A stretch of DNA of 64,000 bases from Planctomycetota bacterium (GCA_965223845.1 CBDCXR010000004.1:2240001-2304000), one strand, 5' to 3'; shown: positions 18,468 through 28,595, numbered from the stretch's first letter. Numbers and translations are program-made. Notes: generated by a model from the sequence alone, not told the origin.

Positions 18468-18739
18468 CCCCGTGTCTCACCAGATGCTACTGCGCCGCCG
18501 CTCGGCTCACCGAATCTGGTGAGGAATGCGGGTTCCACCCTTCGCTGCGCGGTTCGCAGTTCGGCGCGGACTGCGAGATTTCACCCACGCCTACGATCTC
18601 CTCGGAGATCGCCGATCGACGCGGGGCCGTCGCTGATAGGACCGGCGTTCTGCGGGAGACGTTCCCGTTCAGACCAACCCCCCGCGCCCAGTGTCGGCCG
18701 CGGACGGAGTGCTTTAGGAAGCACGATTCGCCGAAGGTG

Positions 18740-19561
18740 TCAAGGTTGGCGAGCTCGACCCTGATTGCCGCGCTCCGTCTTCTTGAGAAACTCGATGAGG
18801 TACGCGACCTCAGCCGATTCCGGGAAGCGCTCGAGGAGCTGGGCTACGGCCTCGCGCCGCGGGACGGAGCCGCGAAAGAGAAGGCGATGGGCATCCTTGA
18901 GCGCCTGCATCGCCTCGCTCGAAAACTCCGAGCGTTTCAACCCGACTCGGTTCACCGACCACACTCGAACGGGGCTCCCCTCGACGAGCATGAACGGCGG
19001 TACGTCCTGCGTCACTCGCGCGAGCCCGCCGACGAACGCGTGTTTTCCGACGGTGACGAAATGATGCACGGCTGCGAGTCCACCGAACGTCGCTCGCTTC
19101 TCGACGCGAACGTGCCCGCCGAGGAGGACGTTGTTCGCCATCGTGATGTAGTCATCGAGGATGCAGTCGTGAGCGACATGGCAGTTCGCCATGATGAGAT
19201 TGTGATGCCCGATGCGCGTGATGCCGTTCCCCAGCTCTGTGCCGCCGTGGATCGTGACGCACTCGCGAATCTTGTTGTAATCCCCAACGATCACCCAGCT
19301 CTCTTCGCCGTTGTACTTCTTGTCCTGCGGTTCGGCTCCGATCACGGCACCGGGGAAAATCTCGTTGTGCTCGCCGATGACGGCGTTCCCCGCGATCGTG
19401 ACGTTGTTGTGGATACGCGTGCCGTCCCCGATGCGGCAGTTCGGGCCGATGTAACAGAACGGGCCGAGGTCGACGTCTACTCCCACCTCTGCCGAGGGGT
19501 GGATGAAGACGTTGTCGTAGCGAAAGGACAGATCGGAAGTCTTGCGTGACGACCAGAACAT
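18740..19561 (-). CDS. lpxA: acyl-ACP--UDP-N-acetylglucosamine acyltransferase
   Basis: Hexapeptide repeats, PQDKKY, IRECVTIHGGT, HVAHDC, LGGHV and QDVPPF. Start re-picked to ATG 19561. Confidence 0.93.
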   Translation of the reverse strand: MFWSSRKTSDLSFRYDNVFIHPSAEVGVDVDLGPFCYIGPNCRIGDGTRIHNNVTIAGNAVIGEHNEIFPGAVIGAEPQDKKYNGEESWVIVGDYNKIRECVTIHGGTELGNGITRIGHHNLIMANCHVAHDCILDDYITMANNVLLGGHVRVEKRATFGGLAAVHHFVTVGKHAFVGGLARVTQDVPPFMLVEGSPVRVWSVNRVGLKRSEFSSEAMQALKDAHRLLFRGSVPRREAVAQLLERFPESAEVAYLIEFLKKTERGNQGRARQP

Positions 19562-19654
19562 GATCTCAAAGAGCCTCACTCTCGGATGCAAGACGCGCTG
19601 AAGCCGCGTGCCGCGGCGTTCTCGCACGGGTAATTCTCAGACGAAAACCGGCCA

Positions 19655-21082
19655 TCAGGGATCCAGAAGCATGAAACGCATGCGGGCCTCCGCGGCGAGC
19701 TTGCCGCCGACATGGGCTTCCCCGCGAATCTGCGCGGTCGCGCCGCGGAGCTTCTCGAGGGTCGCGGTGAGTACGAGCTGATCTCCGGGCACCACCGGTC
19801 GGCGAAACTTGGTGTCGTCGATCGAGAGGAACACGGCCAGTTTGTTAGAATTCTCGGGTCGTTCGCGGAGGAGTATGCCGCCCAGCTGCGCCATCGCCTC
19901 CACCTGAAGCACACCGGGCATGATCGGACGGTCGGGAAAGTGACCCTCGAAAAACTGCTCGGTGCACGTGACGTTCTTCACTCCCACGGCGCGCTTGCCG
20001 CTCTCGAACTCGACCACGCGGTCGAGGAGGAGCATCGGATAGCGGTGCGGGAGGAGCCGGCGGATGTCCGTGTGCTCCAGCCCGTCGCTCGCCCGCGACA
20101 TGATTTCGCGGGTCTCGCGCGCCCGGCGCTCGCTGTCGTCGTGACCTCGGGCGGACGTCGGGTTCACCCCGTTCGCTCGACCATCCCTCGGCCGCGTCCC
20201 CGTGCCATTCTTCGACGGGACACACGAAGTCAGGATTCCGCGGCTGAGCTGAGCGTTGAGAGCGTGTCCGGACTTCGTCGCGACGACGTGACCGTGGAGT
20301 CGCGAACCGAGCAGGTAGAGGTCGCCGACGAGATCGAGGAGCTTGTGCCGCACGAATTCGTCGGGGAATCGGAGCTCGTTCTCGATGACACCGTCTCCGC
20401 TCACGACGAGCGTATTGCGCGTGTTGGCACCGCGGCCGAGCCCAGCCTCGCGGAGCGCCGCGATTTCTTCTTCCAGCACGAACGTGCGGGCCGGGGCGAT
20501 CTCCCGGACGAACGTCTCCTCGTCGAGCTCGAGCTCGAGGAACTGACTTCCGACCCACGCGGCCGACCGAGTGCCGAGGGGCGTGAGATCCAGGGTGTAC
20601 CCGACCTTGAGGCCGCGCTTCCCTTCCGCCGGCTCCCAGGGCATCGCGACCGCGCTTGCTTCGAGGGAGCGCACCGCTACGGGCTGGGCGAGAGTCAGCT
20701 CGGACGCGACCGTACCCTGTGTCGCGATGCCGGCCTCGCGGACGGCCTCGTAGAAGGGGAGCGCGCTGCCGTCGAGACCCGGAAGCTCCGGGCGATCGAT
20801 CTCGACGACGAGGTTGTCGACCCCCGCAGCCCAGAGCGCAGCGAGAAGGTGCTCCGTCGTGTGGACCTCGGCTTCGCCCGAGCGGATCGCCGTCCGGCGC
20901 GGCCGGGAGACGATGTTCTCGACGCGAGCGACGACGCTCGGTCGCCCGGGTAGGTCGACACGCCGAAAGACCACGCCGGCGCCGGGGTCACCCGGCAGCA
21001 GCGTCATCTTGACCGCCTCGCCGCTGTGGAGCCCGACGCCCTCGAGCGTGACGGGTCCCGCGATCGTCGCCTGCTCAGACAT
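19655..21082 (-). CDS. lpxC/fabZ: bifunctional LpxC deacetylase / FabZ dehydratase
   Basis: LpxC motifs GVGLHSG, TTEHLLAAL, RHKLLDLVGDL and SGHALN; FabZ motifs LPHRYPMLLLDRV and FFEGHFP..PIMPGVLQVEAMAQ. Confidence 0.95.
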   Translation of the reverse strand: MSEQATIAGPVTLEGVGLHSGEAVKMTLLPGDPGAGVVFRRVDLPGRPSVVARVENIVSRPRRTAIRSGEAEVHTTEHLLAALWAAGVDNLVVEIDRPELPGLDGSALPFYEAVREAGIATQGTVASELTLAQPVAVRSLEASAVAMPWEPAEGKRGLKVGYTLDLTPLGTRSAAWVGSQFLELELDEETFVREIAPARTFVLEEEIAALREAGLGRGANTRNTLVVSGDGVIENELRFPDEFVRHKLLDLVGDLYLLGSRLHGHVVATKSGHALNAQLSRGILTSCVPSKNGTGTRPRDGRANGVNPTSARGHDDSERRARETREIMSRASDGLEHTDIRRLLPHRYPMLLLDRVVEFESGKRAVGVKNVTCTEQFFEGHFPDRPIMPGVLQVEAMAQLGGILLRERPENSNKLAVFLSIDDTKFRRPVVPGDQLVLTATLEKLRGATAQIRGEAHVGGKLAAEARMRFMLLDP

Positions 21083-21176
21083 GGCTGCCCGCCGCAGGAG
21101 ACGCCACCGCCCGGAGGCGGTCTGAAGCGCTATCGTACGAACTGAGAGTCTGAATCCAGTCCATTCCTCGACCGGG

Positions 21177-21776
21177 TCACGGCTTGGTGCCGACCCGGCT
21201 GCGGAGTTGACGTTGGTATTTGTCGTTGAGCCGACTGAGGATCTGCCCGGTGATGTCGAGCTCGGGCTTCACGGCGTGCACGATCGGCCAGCGGAACCCT
21301 CCACCCGCCTTCGGGTCGACGTCCGCGGTCACCGACTTCTCGAGGATCAGGTCGAGGTCGAAGGCTTCGCGATAGGTCTCGATCTCCTTCGCGATCTCCT
21401 CGCGAAGCTCCTTGAGGAATCGAATCTGGGTCTCGCGCAGCTTCTTCAAGTCCTCACTGCGCAGCTTGTTGCGCTCGATCTCGAGCCGCGTCTTCTCGAG
21501 GACCTTTTCGTCCTGCTTCGGTCCGGGCTCGAGCAGCTGGATCGAGCTGGTCGCCTGTTGGATCTTCCCGTCGAGCTCCTTGAACTTCGCTTCAAGGGCC
21601 ACGGACTGCTCGTTGAGCACCTCTTGGCGGTCGAGCTTCTTCTGGTAGCTCTCGAAGACTTCGCTGATGTCGACGACGGCGGTCCGGGGCGGGTCGAATT
21701 CCTGCGCGGCGCGAAATGCGACCGAGAAGAACGCGAGTAGAACGAGCGCGGCGGCTGCCGTCTTTCGTCGAGTCAT
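21177..21776 (-). CDS. skp: OmpH/Skp periplasmic chaperone
   Basis: Signal peptide, TAVVDISEVFESY, long coiled coil, DLILEK and DITGQILSRLN; upstream of lpxC. Confidence 0.8.
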   Translation of the reverse strand: MTRRKTAAAALVLLAFFSVAFRAAQEFDPPRTAVVDISEVFESYQKKLDRQEVLNEQSVALEAKFKELDGKIQQATSSIQLLEPGPKQDEKVLEKTRLEIERNKLRSEDLKKLRETQIRFLKELREEIAKEIETYREAFDLDLILEKSVTADVDPKAGGGFRWPIVHAVKPELDITGQILSRLNDKYQRQLRSRVGTKP

Positions 21777-22153
21777 GCTGGAACACCTGTCTGGAGATTC
21801 ACCACGACGCGCGCTTCGCGCAACCGAGCTGCACTCCTCCCGTACGGCACGTCGTGAGCTTCCCGGGAGAGTCCCACAGTTTACCTTTTCGGCCGGAGGA
21901 ACGAAAAGCTGCAACTCTTTTCGGGCGTTCAACTTCCTCGCGACCGAAACGCGGGAAAATAAGCCCAGAAATCAGCAAAAACAAGCAAAAATGGAGAAAC
22001 GACCGGTGTCGACCGGCTCTTTTCGCGCGCGGTTGTGCCGGATTTCGCACCACTCTCCGCCGCGGGAAGGGCGGAGAGCCGACGCTCTCGCGTCGCCGGA
22101 GGCGCGCTGACGAGACGTCTAGTCCCCGCCGCGCGGGTTCCACGCGGCGGTGA

Positions 22154-23527
22154 CTAGACGGGAAGATCGTCGTCGGTGTAGTGAGACGCCATGTCCTCGA
22201 AACGCATGATATTGCTGCGGAAGACGAGCCGGACCGCCCCCGTCGGGCCGTTCCGCTGCTTTGCGATGATGACCTCGGCTTTCCCCTTTGCCTCTTCTTT
22301 CTCCGGCTTGTAGTACTCCTCGCGATAGAGGAGAAGCACGACGTCGGCGTCCTGCTCGATGGCACCCGACTCCCGGAGGTCGCTCAGACGCGGCCGGTGA
22401 GACTCGCGGTTCTCGACGCCTCGGCTGAGCTGACTGAGCGCCACGACGGGCACCTGGAGCTCCCGGGCGAGCCCCTTGAGGCTGCGCGAAACGACCGAGA
22501 TCTCCTGCTGTCGACTCTCGCGGTTGCTGCCGCTCCCCTCCATGAGCTGAAGGTAGTCGATCACGATCATCCCGAGTGGCCTGCGCTTGTGGAGACGACG
22601 CGCCTTCGCCTTCACGGAAAGTGGGGTGAGGCCAGGAGTATCGTCGATGAATATGGGCATCTCGCGCAGGCGCTGGGCGCCCATGAGCAGATCCTGCCAC
22701 TCGTTCCGGCTGAGCGAACGCTGGCGCACGCGATGGGCGTCGACCTGAGCGAACGTGCAGAGGAGATTCTGGACGAGCTGGTCCTTTGCGACCTCGAGGC
22801 TGAAGATCGCGACCGGCTTTGCGGCGCGCGCTGCGTTCTCCACACAGTTCATCGCAAAGCTCGTCTTCCCCATGCTCGGGCGCCCGGCGATGATCACGAA
22901 GTCGGCCGGCCGGAACCCCGTCGTCATGCGATCGAGATCGGCGAAGCCGCTGAGTACGCTCCCATCCGCGGTCACGTCGGAGTCGAGCCGCTCGAAACAC
23001 TCGTCGACGAGCGTCTCGATCGGCGCGAAATCTTGGCCGGACTCGCGATTCCCGATATCGAGGATTTTCTGCTCCGCGACGTCGAGCTGAGCGCGCGCCG
23101 AGGTCTCCGAGTCGTACACCCCCTGGAGAACCTCGGAACACGTCCCGACGAGCGAGCGGAGGATCGCCTTCTCGCGGATGATCCGCGAGTAGTGCTCGAC
23201 GTTGGCGACCGACGGCAGACGCTGGACGAGCTCTTCGAGGAATTCCAGCCCCCCCAAGCTCTCGCTGAGCCCGAGACGCTCCATCGCATCGAGCGCCATC
23301 ACCTCGTCGAGAGCCGAATTCTCGTCGTAGAGCTTCGCGAACAGCTCGAAGATCTTGCTGTGCCGAGGGCTGTAAAAATCCTCGGCCGCGAGGAGCTGAA
23401 GGGCACTCTCAGCGGCCTCGATGTCGACGAGGAGAGCGCCGAGAACACTCTGCTCGGCCTCGAGGCTGTGCGGGAGCGACCGCTTTCCGAGAACGTCCGG
23501 CGTCGACGTCGATTCGTTCGCAGCCAT
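22154..23527 (-). CDS. dnaB: replicative DNA helicase
   Basis: PHSLEAEQSVLG, AGRPSMGKT, IDYLQL, ALSQLSR, LRESGAIEQDAD and AKQRNGP; no intein. Confidence 0.97.
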   Translation of the reverse strand: MAANESTSTPDVLGKRSLPHSLEAEQSVLGALLVDIEAAESALQLLAAEDFYSPRHSKIFELFAKLYDENSALDEVMALDAMERLGLSESLGGLEFLEELVQRLPSVANVEHYSRIIREKAILRSLVGTCSEVLQGVYDSETSARAQLDVAEQKILDIGNRESGQDFAPIETLVDECFERLDSDVTADGSVLSGFADLDRMTTGFRPADFVIIAGRPSMGKTSFAMNCVENAARAAKPVAIFSLEVAKDQLVQNLLCTFAQVDAHRVRQRSLSRNEWQDLLMGAQRLREMPIFIDDTPGLTPLSVKAKARRLHKRRPLGMIVIDYLQLMEGSGSNRESRQQEISVVSRSLKGLARELQVPVVALSQLSRGVENRESHRPRLSDLRESGAIEQDADVVLLLYREEYYKPEKEEAKGKAEVIIAKQRNGPTGAVRLVFRSNIMRFEDMASHYTDDDLPV

Positions 23528-23702
23528 CCCATCCTCCCGGGCGACCGACGGATCGCCGCGCCACCGTTCCACTCCCCATCGTCGTTCGACGAGTCGTCAG
23601 GCGGCGGTCAACGCCGCGTCCCAGCACGAACACTGCTGCGCGGAATTCGTCCCGCCCGAGGTCGCACCCTCCGTGCGGCCGGAGGGGCTCCGCGGGAGAG
23701 AC

Positions 23703-24221
23703 TCAGTCCTCGTCGCCGTACTCGTCCTCGGCGTCGTCCTCGTCCAGCTCCGCGGAGCTCGCGGGCTTCCCGCGGTCATCCCCCTTCACCACCCAGACCT
23801 TCGCTTCGCACTCGACCTCGGGATGGAGGCGCACGCGCACCTTGTAGATCCCGAGCTTCTTGATCGGCTCGTCGAGGAGCACCGCATCGAGGGGCACGTT
23901 CAGGTCTTCGGCGGCGAAGTTCTGGGCGATGTCCCGAGCGGTGACGGAGCCGTAGAGATGTCCTTCCTCAGTCGAGTTCGCGATGATCGTGCACGAGGTC
24001 TTCTCGAGCTCCTTCGCGAGCACCTGATAGTTCTGGATCGTCTCCTGCTCCTGCGCGATCAACCGGCGCTTCTTTTGCTCGAAACGGTGGAGATTGTCGT
24101 CGGTCAGCTCGACTCCGTACCCTTTGGGGAGAAGGTAGTTCCGACCGTAACCGTCGGCGACGTCCACGACGTCACCGAGCTTGCCCAGGTTCTGAATGTT
24201 GCGCTGTAGAAGTAGCTTCAT
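23703..24221 (-). CDS. rplI: 50S ribosomal protein L9
   Basis: MKLLL..LGKLGDVVDVADGYGRNYLLP, LYGSVT and PIKKLG. Confidence 0.95.
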   Translation of the reverse strand: MKLLLQRNIQNLGKLGDVVDVADGYGRNYLLPKGYGVELTDDNLHRFEQKKRRLIAQEQETIQNYQVLAKELEKTSCTIIANSTEEGHLYGSVTARDIAQNFAAEDLNVPLDAVLLDEPIKKLGIYKVRVRLHPEVECEAKVWVVKGDDRGKPASSAELDEDDAEDEYGDED

Positions 24222-24416
24222 GACTCGACCGAATGCGGAGTGCGAGGAGCGATGTTCGAGCGACGACGATCGGACGACCGCCGGATCCGGCTCCGCCGCG
24301 CCGACGACGGCCCGCCATGGTAGCGAGGGCGGGTGCTGAACGCCAGCGCGAACCGCGCGCCCGAGATCGGCCCGCGGCAAGGTCGCGCTCCCCTGTGAAA
24401 TACGCCCCCGAGGCGC

Positions 24417-24914
24417 TCAGAACGGGATATCGTCTTCGCTGAATCCGCCGCTCTCTCCCGGTTCGCCGCCGGCGGGCGCACCAGATGCCGGCGCGCGCGC
24501 CGGTCGATCCTCCCCGCCCCGGTAGCTCGCGCCGTAGTCGGCGCCGCCCTCCGACTCGCGGTACTGCGAACCGCCGCCTCCGTCGCCGCGTCCGCTCACG
24601 AACTGAAAGTTGTCCGCGACGACGCGAAGCTTCGAGCGCTTCTGTCCGTCCTGCCCTTCCCAGGTGTCCAGGTTGAGCCGACCCTCGATGAAGAGAGGGT
24701 CGCCCTTGTGGAGGTACTGGCAGATGACCTCGGCTTGACGCCGCCAGATCGTCACATCGACGAAGGTCGTCTCCTTGCGGCGCTCGTTCCCTGCGGCGTA
24801 CTCGCGGTTGACCGCGATCCCGAGGTCCGCGACGGGCGTCCCTTGAGGCGTGTAGCGGAGCTCCGGGTCGCGGGTAAGCCGCCCCATGAGCAAGACCTTA
24901 TTGAGGTTTCCCAT
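24417..24914 (-). CDS. ssb: single-stranded DNA-binding protein
   Basis: NKVLLMGRLTRDPELRYTP, EGRL and acidic tail EDDIPF. Confidence 0.97.
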   Translation of the reverse strand: MGNLNKVLLMGRLTRDPELRYTPQGTPVADLGIAVNREYAAGNERRKETTFVDVTIWRRQAEVICQYLHKGDPLFIEGRLNLDTWEGQDGQKRSKLRVVADNFQFVSGRGDGGGGSQYRESEGGADYGASYRGGEDRPARAPASGAPAGGEPGESGGFSEDDIPF

Positions 24915-25286
24915 CGCGTCGTCTCCTCCTGAGTGCGCGTATCTTTCTTCACTTGATCGAGTCGGGACGTTCGCCCGAGTGCCCCTCGCTCCGCTCGCAG
25001 CTCGCCCCCACGGGTGGACACACTATGAGGAGGGCGGACGGGCGGCAACTGGATTCCCGGAACATCGGGCCATCGCACGGCAAGGCAGCCGCGCGAAGGT
25101 GGGCACGCGCACGAGAGCCCGCGTCGGCCGCCGACGGTTAACCTACGGTCGATCCCCATCCCTCGCAACCGAGAGACGAGGAATCGAGATCACCTCGCTT
25201 CGGTGCGGACCGGAGAGCGACGACGGTGCCGGTGTCGTGTCGCGCGAAGACAGAACGTCGAGATCGCAGGGAGCGGAAGAAACCGC

Positions 25287-25733
25287 TCAGGCGGAGGGCT
25301 GCGGCTCGGACGCCGGCGCGGGCGTCTCTTTCGGGGTGACGTCGGCCGCTGGCGCATCCGTGGCGGGGGCTTCTTCGCTCGCCGCCTCGCGATTTGCGGC
25401 CGCCTCCGCGGCCTTCTCCTGGCGCTGTCGGCACTGATCTTCGATCGTCTCGTTCTGAAGGACGAGGAGACGGAGCACGCGATCGGAGATCTCCACGTCG
25501 CGGTGGAGACCAGGGATCTCGTCGGCCGGAGCATTGAAGTAGGTGAGGAAGTACGTCCCCTTCTTGCACCCCTTCATCTCGTAGGCGAGCTTCCGATCCG
25601 GCCAGCGCTCGGAGTGAACGATTTCGCCGCGGTGGCGTCGAAGGAGATCCTCGACGTGCTTCTCGAGGCCAGGCCAATCCTTCCCGGCGAGGTTGGCGTC
25701 GAAAACGAACATTCCTTCGTACAGTCTATTCAA
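25287..25733 (-). CDS. rpsF: 30S ribosomal protein S6
   Basis: LYEGMFVFD, W..RKLAYEMK, GTYFL and VLRLLV. TTG start with AGGAGG RBS. Confidence 0.92.
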   Translation of the reverse strand: MNRLYEGMFVFDANLAGKDWPGLEKHVEDLLRRHRGEIVHSERWPDRKLAYEMKGCKKGTYFLTYFNAPADEIPGLHRDVEISDRVLRLLVLQNETIEDQCRQRQEKAAEAAANREAASEEAPATDAPAADVTPKETPAPASEPQPSA

Positions 25734-25915
25734 GTCGTCCTCCTGAGTCTCGGCTCCGGCCATCGGAGCTCACCGCCGTTCGGCGCCGAACGGCCAAGGA
25801 TACCCGACTGAGCGACGGATGGAAGCCCCTCGTCGCCCGCGAATTCTTCTCCGGTCCGCCGGCGGTCAAACGTCGCGATGCCGGGGCCGAGCCGGCGACA
25901 ACGCCGATCGGGCGC

Positions 25916-26617
25916 TCAAGTCTCGCCGGGAGTCTCATCTGCCGGCGGCGCAGAAGGCGCGGGCGCATTGAATCGATTGGCGCTCGCGTCGACGCCGTTC
26001 GCGAGCCAGTAGAACGCGGCCTCGGCGGCGCGGTCCGCGGCCGCCCTGAAGTCGCTCAACTCGTCGTCGCCGAGCCGCTCGAGGACGTAGTCGGCGCTCG
26101 AAGAGTCTCCTCCGGCCTCCGGTTCGTCCGCAGCGCGACCGATGCCGACCTTCAGCCGGCTGAATCTCTCGGTGCGGAGCTCGTCGATCATCGACCGGAC
26201 GCCGCGGTGACCACCGCTCGAGCCGCGCCCTCGAAAGCGCAGCCGACCGGGCTCGAGATCGAGATCGTCGAAGACCACGAGGAGCGCGCTCCGAAGATCG
26301 CGATCCTCGTCCCCTGCGGCTTCGGGGCGATGGAAGGCCACGAGATCGCGCACGGCCTCGCCGCTCAAGTTCATGTAGGTCTGCGGCTCGGCGAGGATGA
26401 GGCGATCGCCGTCCCATTCCGTCTCCCACACGCGAGACCGAAACCGCTTCCGTCCACGCCCGAGGCCGAGCCGGCCTACGATCGCGTCAACCGCGAGGAA
26501 GCCGGCGTTGTGGCGCGTGTCGCGGTAGCGCCGGCCCGGGTTTCCGAGCCCGACGACGAAGCGAACGCGGTCGCGCTCGGTCTCGTCTTGTTCGGCGTGT
26601 GGCTCAGGCGTCGGAAT
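25916..26617 (-). CDS. pth: peptidyl-tRNA hydrolase (start codon non-canonical)
   Basis: The frame continues upstream of the listed ORF as RFVVGLGNPGRRYRDTRHNAGF; then PQTYMNLSG, DDLDL, GGHRG and RLKVGIG. No ATG/GTG/TTG precedes GLGNPG; candidate starts are ATT 26617 or GTT 26566. Confidence 0.9.
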   Translation of the reverse strand: MPTPEPHAEQDETERDRVRFVVGLGNPGRRYRDTRHNAGFLAVDAIVGRLGLGRGRKRFRSRVWETEWDGDRLILAEPQTYMNLSGEAVRDLVAFHRPEAAGDEDRDLRSALLVVFDDLDLEPGRLRFRGRGSSGGHRGVRSMIDELRTERFSRLKVGIGRAADEPEAGGDSSSADYVLERLGDDELSDFRAAADRAAEAAFYWLANGVDASANRFNAPAPSAPPADETPGET

Positions 26618-27233
26618 CCTCGTCCTCCTTCTTCTTGATCACCTCGGGCTCGCTCGGACCCTCCTCGGCCGGAGCGGCTTCCTCCGCACCGCGCGGCGCG
26701 CTCACGGCGACCAGAACGGTTTCCTCGTCCTCGACGTAACGACAGTTCGCAACCGGAGGGAGATTCTTGATGCGAATCGATTCTCCCTGCTCGAGCGCCT
26801 CGACGTTGAGAACGATCGATTCGGGGATGTGTTGAGGCAATCCGTGCACCAGCACTTCCTTGTGGGTGAAGTTGAGCGAGCCGCCCGACGCCACGCCCTT
26901 TGGGACGCCGATCAGCTCGAGCGCGACCTCGACCTCGATTTCGACGTCGGCGCTGATCCGCGTGAAGTCGACGTGAACGATCGACGACCCGAGCCCGTCG
27001 TACTGCACCTCCTTGACGACGCCGTGCTCGACCGCACCACCGACGCTGAGCGTCACCATTCGGTGACCGGCATCGAGGAACCGCGTGAATTCGCTCCGAT
27101 CGAGCGAGAAGTGCACGTTCGGCTTCCCGAGCCCGTAGAGATTGGCGGGCAATCGCCCCTCGCCACGCATCGTAGCTGAAACGCGCGAGCCGAACTCGGT
27201 CCGGAGCTCGCCGCTAAGAGATAGCTCTTCCAT
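26604..27233 (-). CDS. rplY: 50S ribosomal protein L25/Ctc
   Basis: R.EGRLPANLYG, VKEVQYD, HVDF, GVASGG and acidic tail SEPEVI. Confidence 0.93.
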   Translation of the reverse strand: MEELSLSGELRTEFGSRVSATMRGEGRLPANLYGLGKPNVHFSLDRSEFTRFLDAGHRMVTLSVGGAVEHGVVKEVQYDGLGSSIVHVDFTRISADVEIEVEVALELIGVPKGVASGGSLNFTHKEVLVHGLPQHIPESIVLNVEALEQGESIRIKNLPPVANCRYVEDEETVLVAVSAPRGAEEAAPAEEGPSEPEVIKKKEDEDSDA

Positions 27234-27317
27234 GATTCACGACTCCTTTGGTGTCTCCGTATCGGATCGTTCTGGTTCGGTGATATCGCTCCCGTCGGGG
27301 AGACGTTCTCCACCGAT

Positions 27318-28595
27318 TCATTTCTTGGGTGAGGATGGTTTTCGCAGCGATTTGGCCGGGACACCGGCAACGACTTCATCGTCCTCCACGTCCCTCCCCT
27401 TCAAGACGACGGCGCCCGCGGCGGTCATCGCACGGTCTCCGATCGACACCGGGGCGACGATGATCGACCCACTGCCGATGAACGCGTTCGCACCGACGGT
27501 GCTCGGATGTTTCGCGACACCGTCGTAGTTCGCAAAGATCGTCCCCGCCCCGATATTCGCCTTCTCGCCGATGGTCGCGTCGCCGACGTAGGTGAGGTGC
27601 GGCACCTTGGCGCCCGCACCGATCGTGCTCTTCTTCGTTTCGACAAAGTTGCCGATCCGGACGCGATTCTCGATCACCGTGTTGGGGCGCAGATGACAGA
27701 ACGGGCCGATTTCGCACTGAGCCCCGATCCGAACACCGCGGCGCAAGACACAGAAGGGGTAGATGACGGTATCCGGCGCAACTTCGACGTCGATCTCGAC
27801 GTAGGTCGAACGAGGGTCGCAGACCGTTACCCCGTCGTCCATGAGCGCACCGACGATTCTCCCGCGCAGAATGTCGGTCGCCTCGGCGAGCTCACGCCGG
27901 CAGTTCACCTGCGCGGTTTCCGTCTCGTCTTCGACGGCGACGAGGTCGACGCGACGGCCGTCATCCGCCGCGCGGACCACCGCGTCGGTCAAGTACAGCT
28001 CGCCCTGAGCGTTGTCGGTGCCGATCTTCGCGATCGCGGCGCGAAAGACGTCCGCCCGAAAGAGGTACGTACCGACGTTCACCTCGGGAATCCCCCGAGT
28101 CGATTCGTCGGCGTCCTTCTCTTCGACGATCGCCGCCAGCGCGGAGCTCGAGTCGTTCCGGACGATCCGGCCGTAGCCCGCCGGATCGGACTTCGTGCAC
28201 GTGAGGAGCGCTACGTCCGCCCCACTCTCGAATCGTTCGACCAGTCGCGCGAGCGTCGCGCTGCCGAGGAGCGGGAGATCGCCGTTCAGGATGAGGACCC
28301 CCGCGTCATCGGGTAGGTCGTCGCCCACGGCATCGACGGCGCACTTTGCGGCGTGCCCCGTTCCGAGCTGACGCTCCTGGTGAACGAACGTAATCCCGCG
28401 ATCCGCGAATGCCTCCTCGACCAGTTCGCGGCCGTGCCCGACGACCACGACCTGGCGCGCGGGATCGACGGCCCCGCTCGCCCGGAGTACGTGCTCGAGA
28501 ATCGGTGCGCCGAGGAGCTCGTGGAGCACCTTCGGTCGTTCGGACCGCATCCGGGTGCCCTTCCCGGCCGCGAGGATGACGGACACGACGTTCAT
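27318..28595 (-). CDS. glmU: bifunctional UDP-GlcNAc pyrophosphorylase / GlcN-1-P acetyltransferase
   Basis: ILAAGKGTRM, QLGTGHA, GYGRIVR, NAQGELYLTD, GNFVETK, HLTYVGD and NYDG. Confidence 0.93.
   Translation of the reverse strand: MNVVSVILAAGKGTRMRSERPKVLHELLGAPILEHVLRASGAVDPARQVVVVGHGRELVEEAFADRGITFVHQERQLGTGHAAKCAVDAVGDDLPDDAGVLILNGDLPLLGSATLARLVERFESGADVALLTCTKSDPAGYGRIVRNDSSSALAAIVEEKDADESTRGIPEVNVGTYLFRADVFRAAIAKIGTDNAQGELYLTDAVVRAADDGRRVDLVAVEDETETAQVNCRRELAEATDILRGRIVGALMDDGVTVCDPRSTYVEIDVEVAPDTVIYPFCVLRRGVRIGAQCEIGPFCHLRPNTVIENRVRIGNFVETKKSTIGAGAKVPHLTYVGDATIGEKANIGAGTIFANYDGVAKHPSTVGANAFIGSGSIIVAPVSIGDRAMTAAGAVVLKGRDVEDDEVVAGVPAKSLRKPSSPKK

Noticed and set aside
15924-18764. 946-aa plus-strand ORF and many other long antisense or alternate-frame ORFs (e.g. 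764-2497, 22181-23863)
   Set aside because: Shadow ORFs of real genes in high-GC DNA; Arg/Ala-rich with no motifs.
24222-24416. Possible rpsR between ssb and rplI
   Set aside because: The gap is too short and I saw no S18-like sequence.
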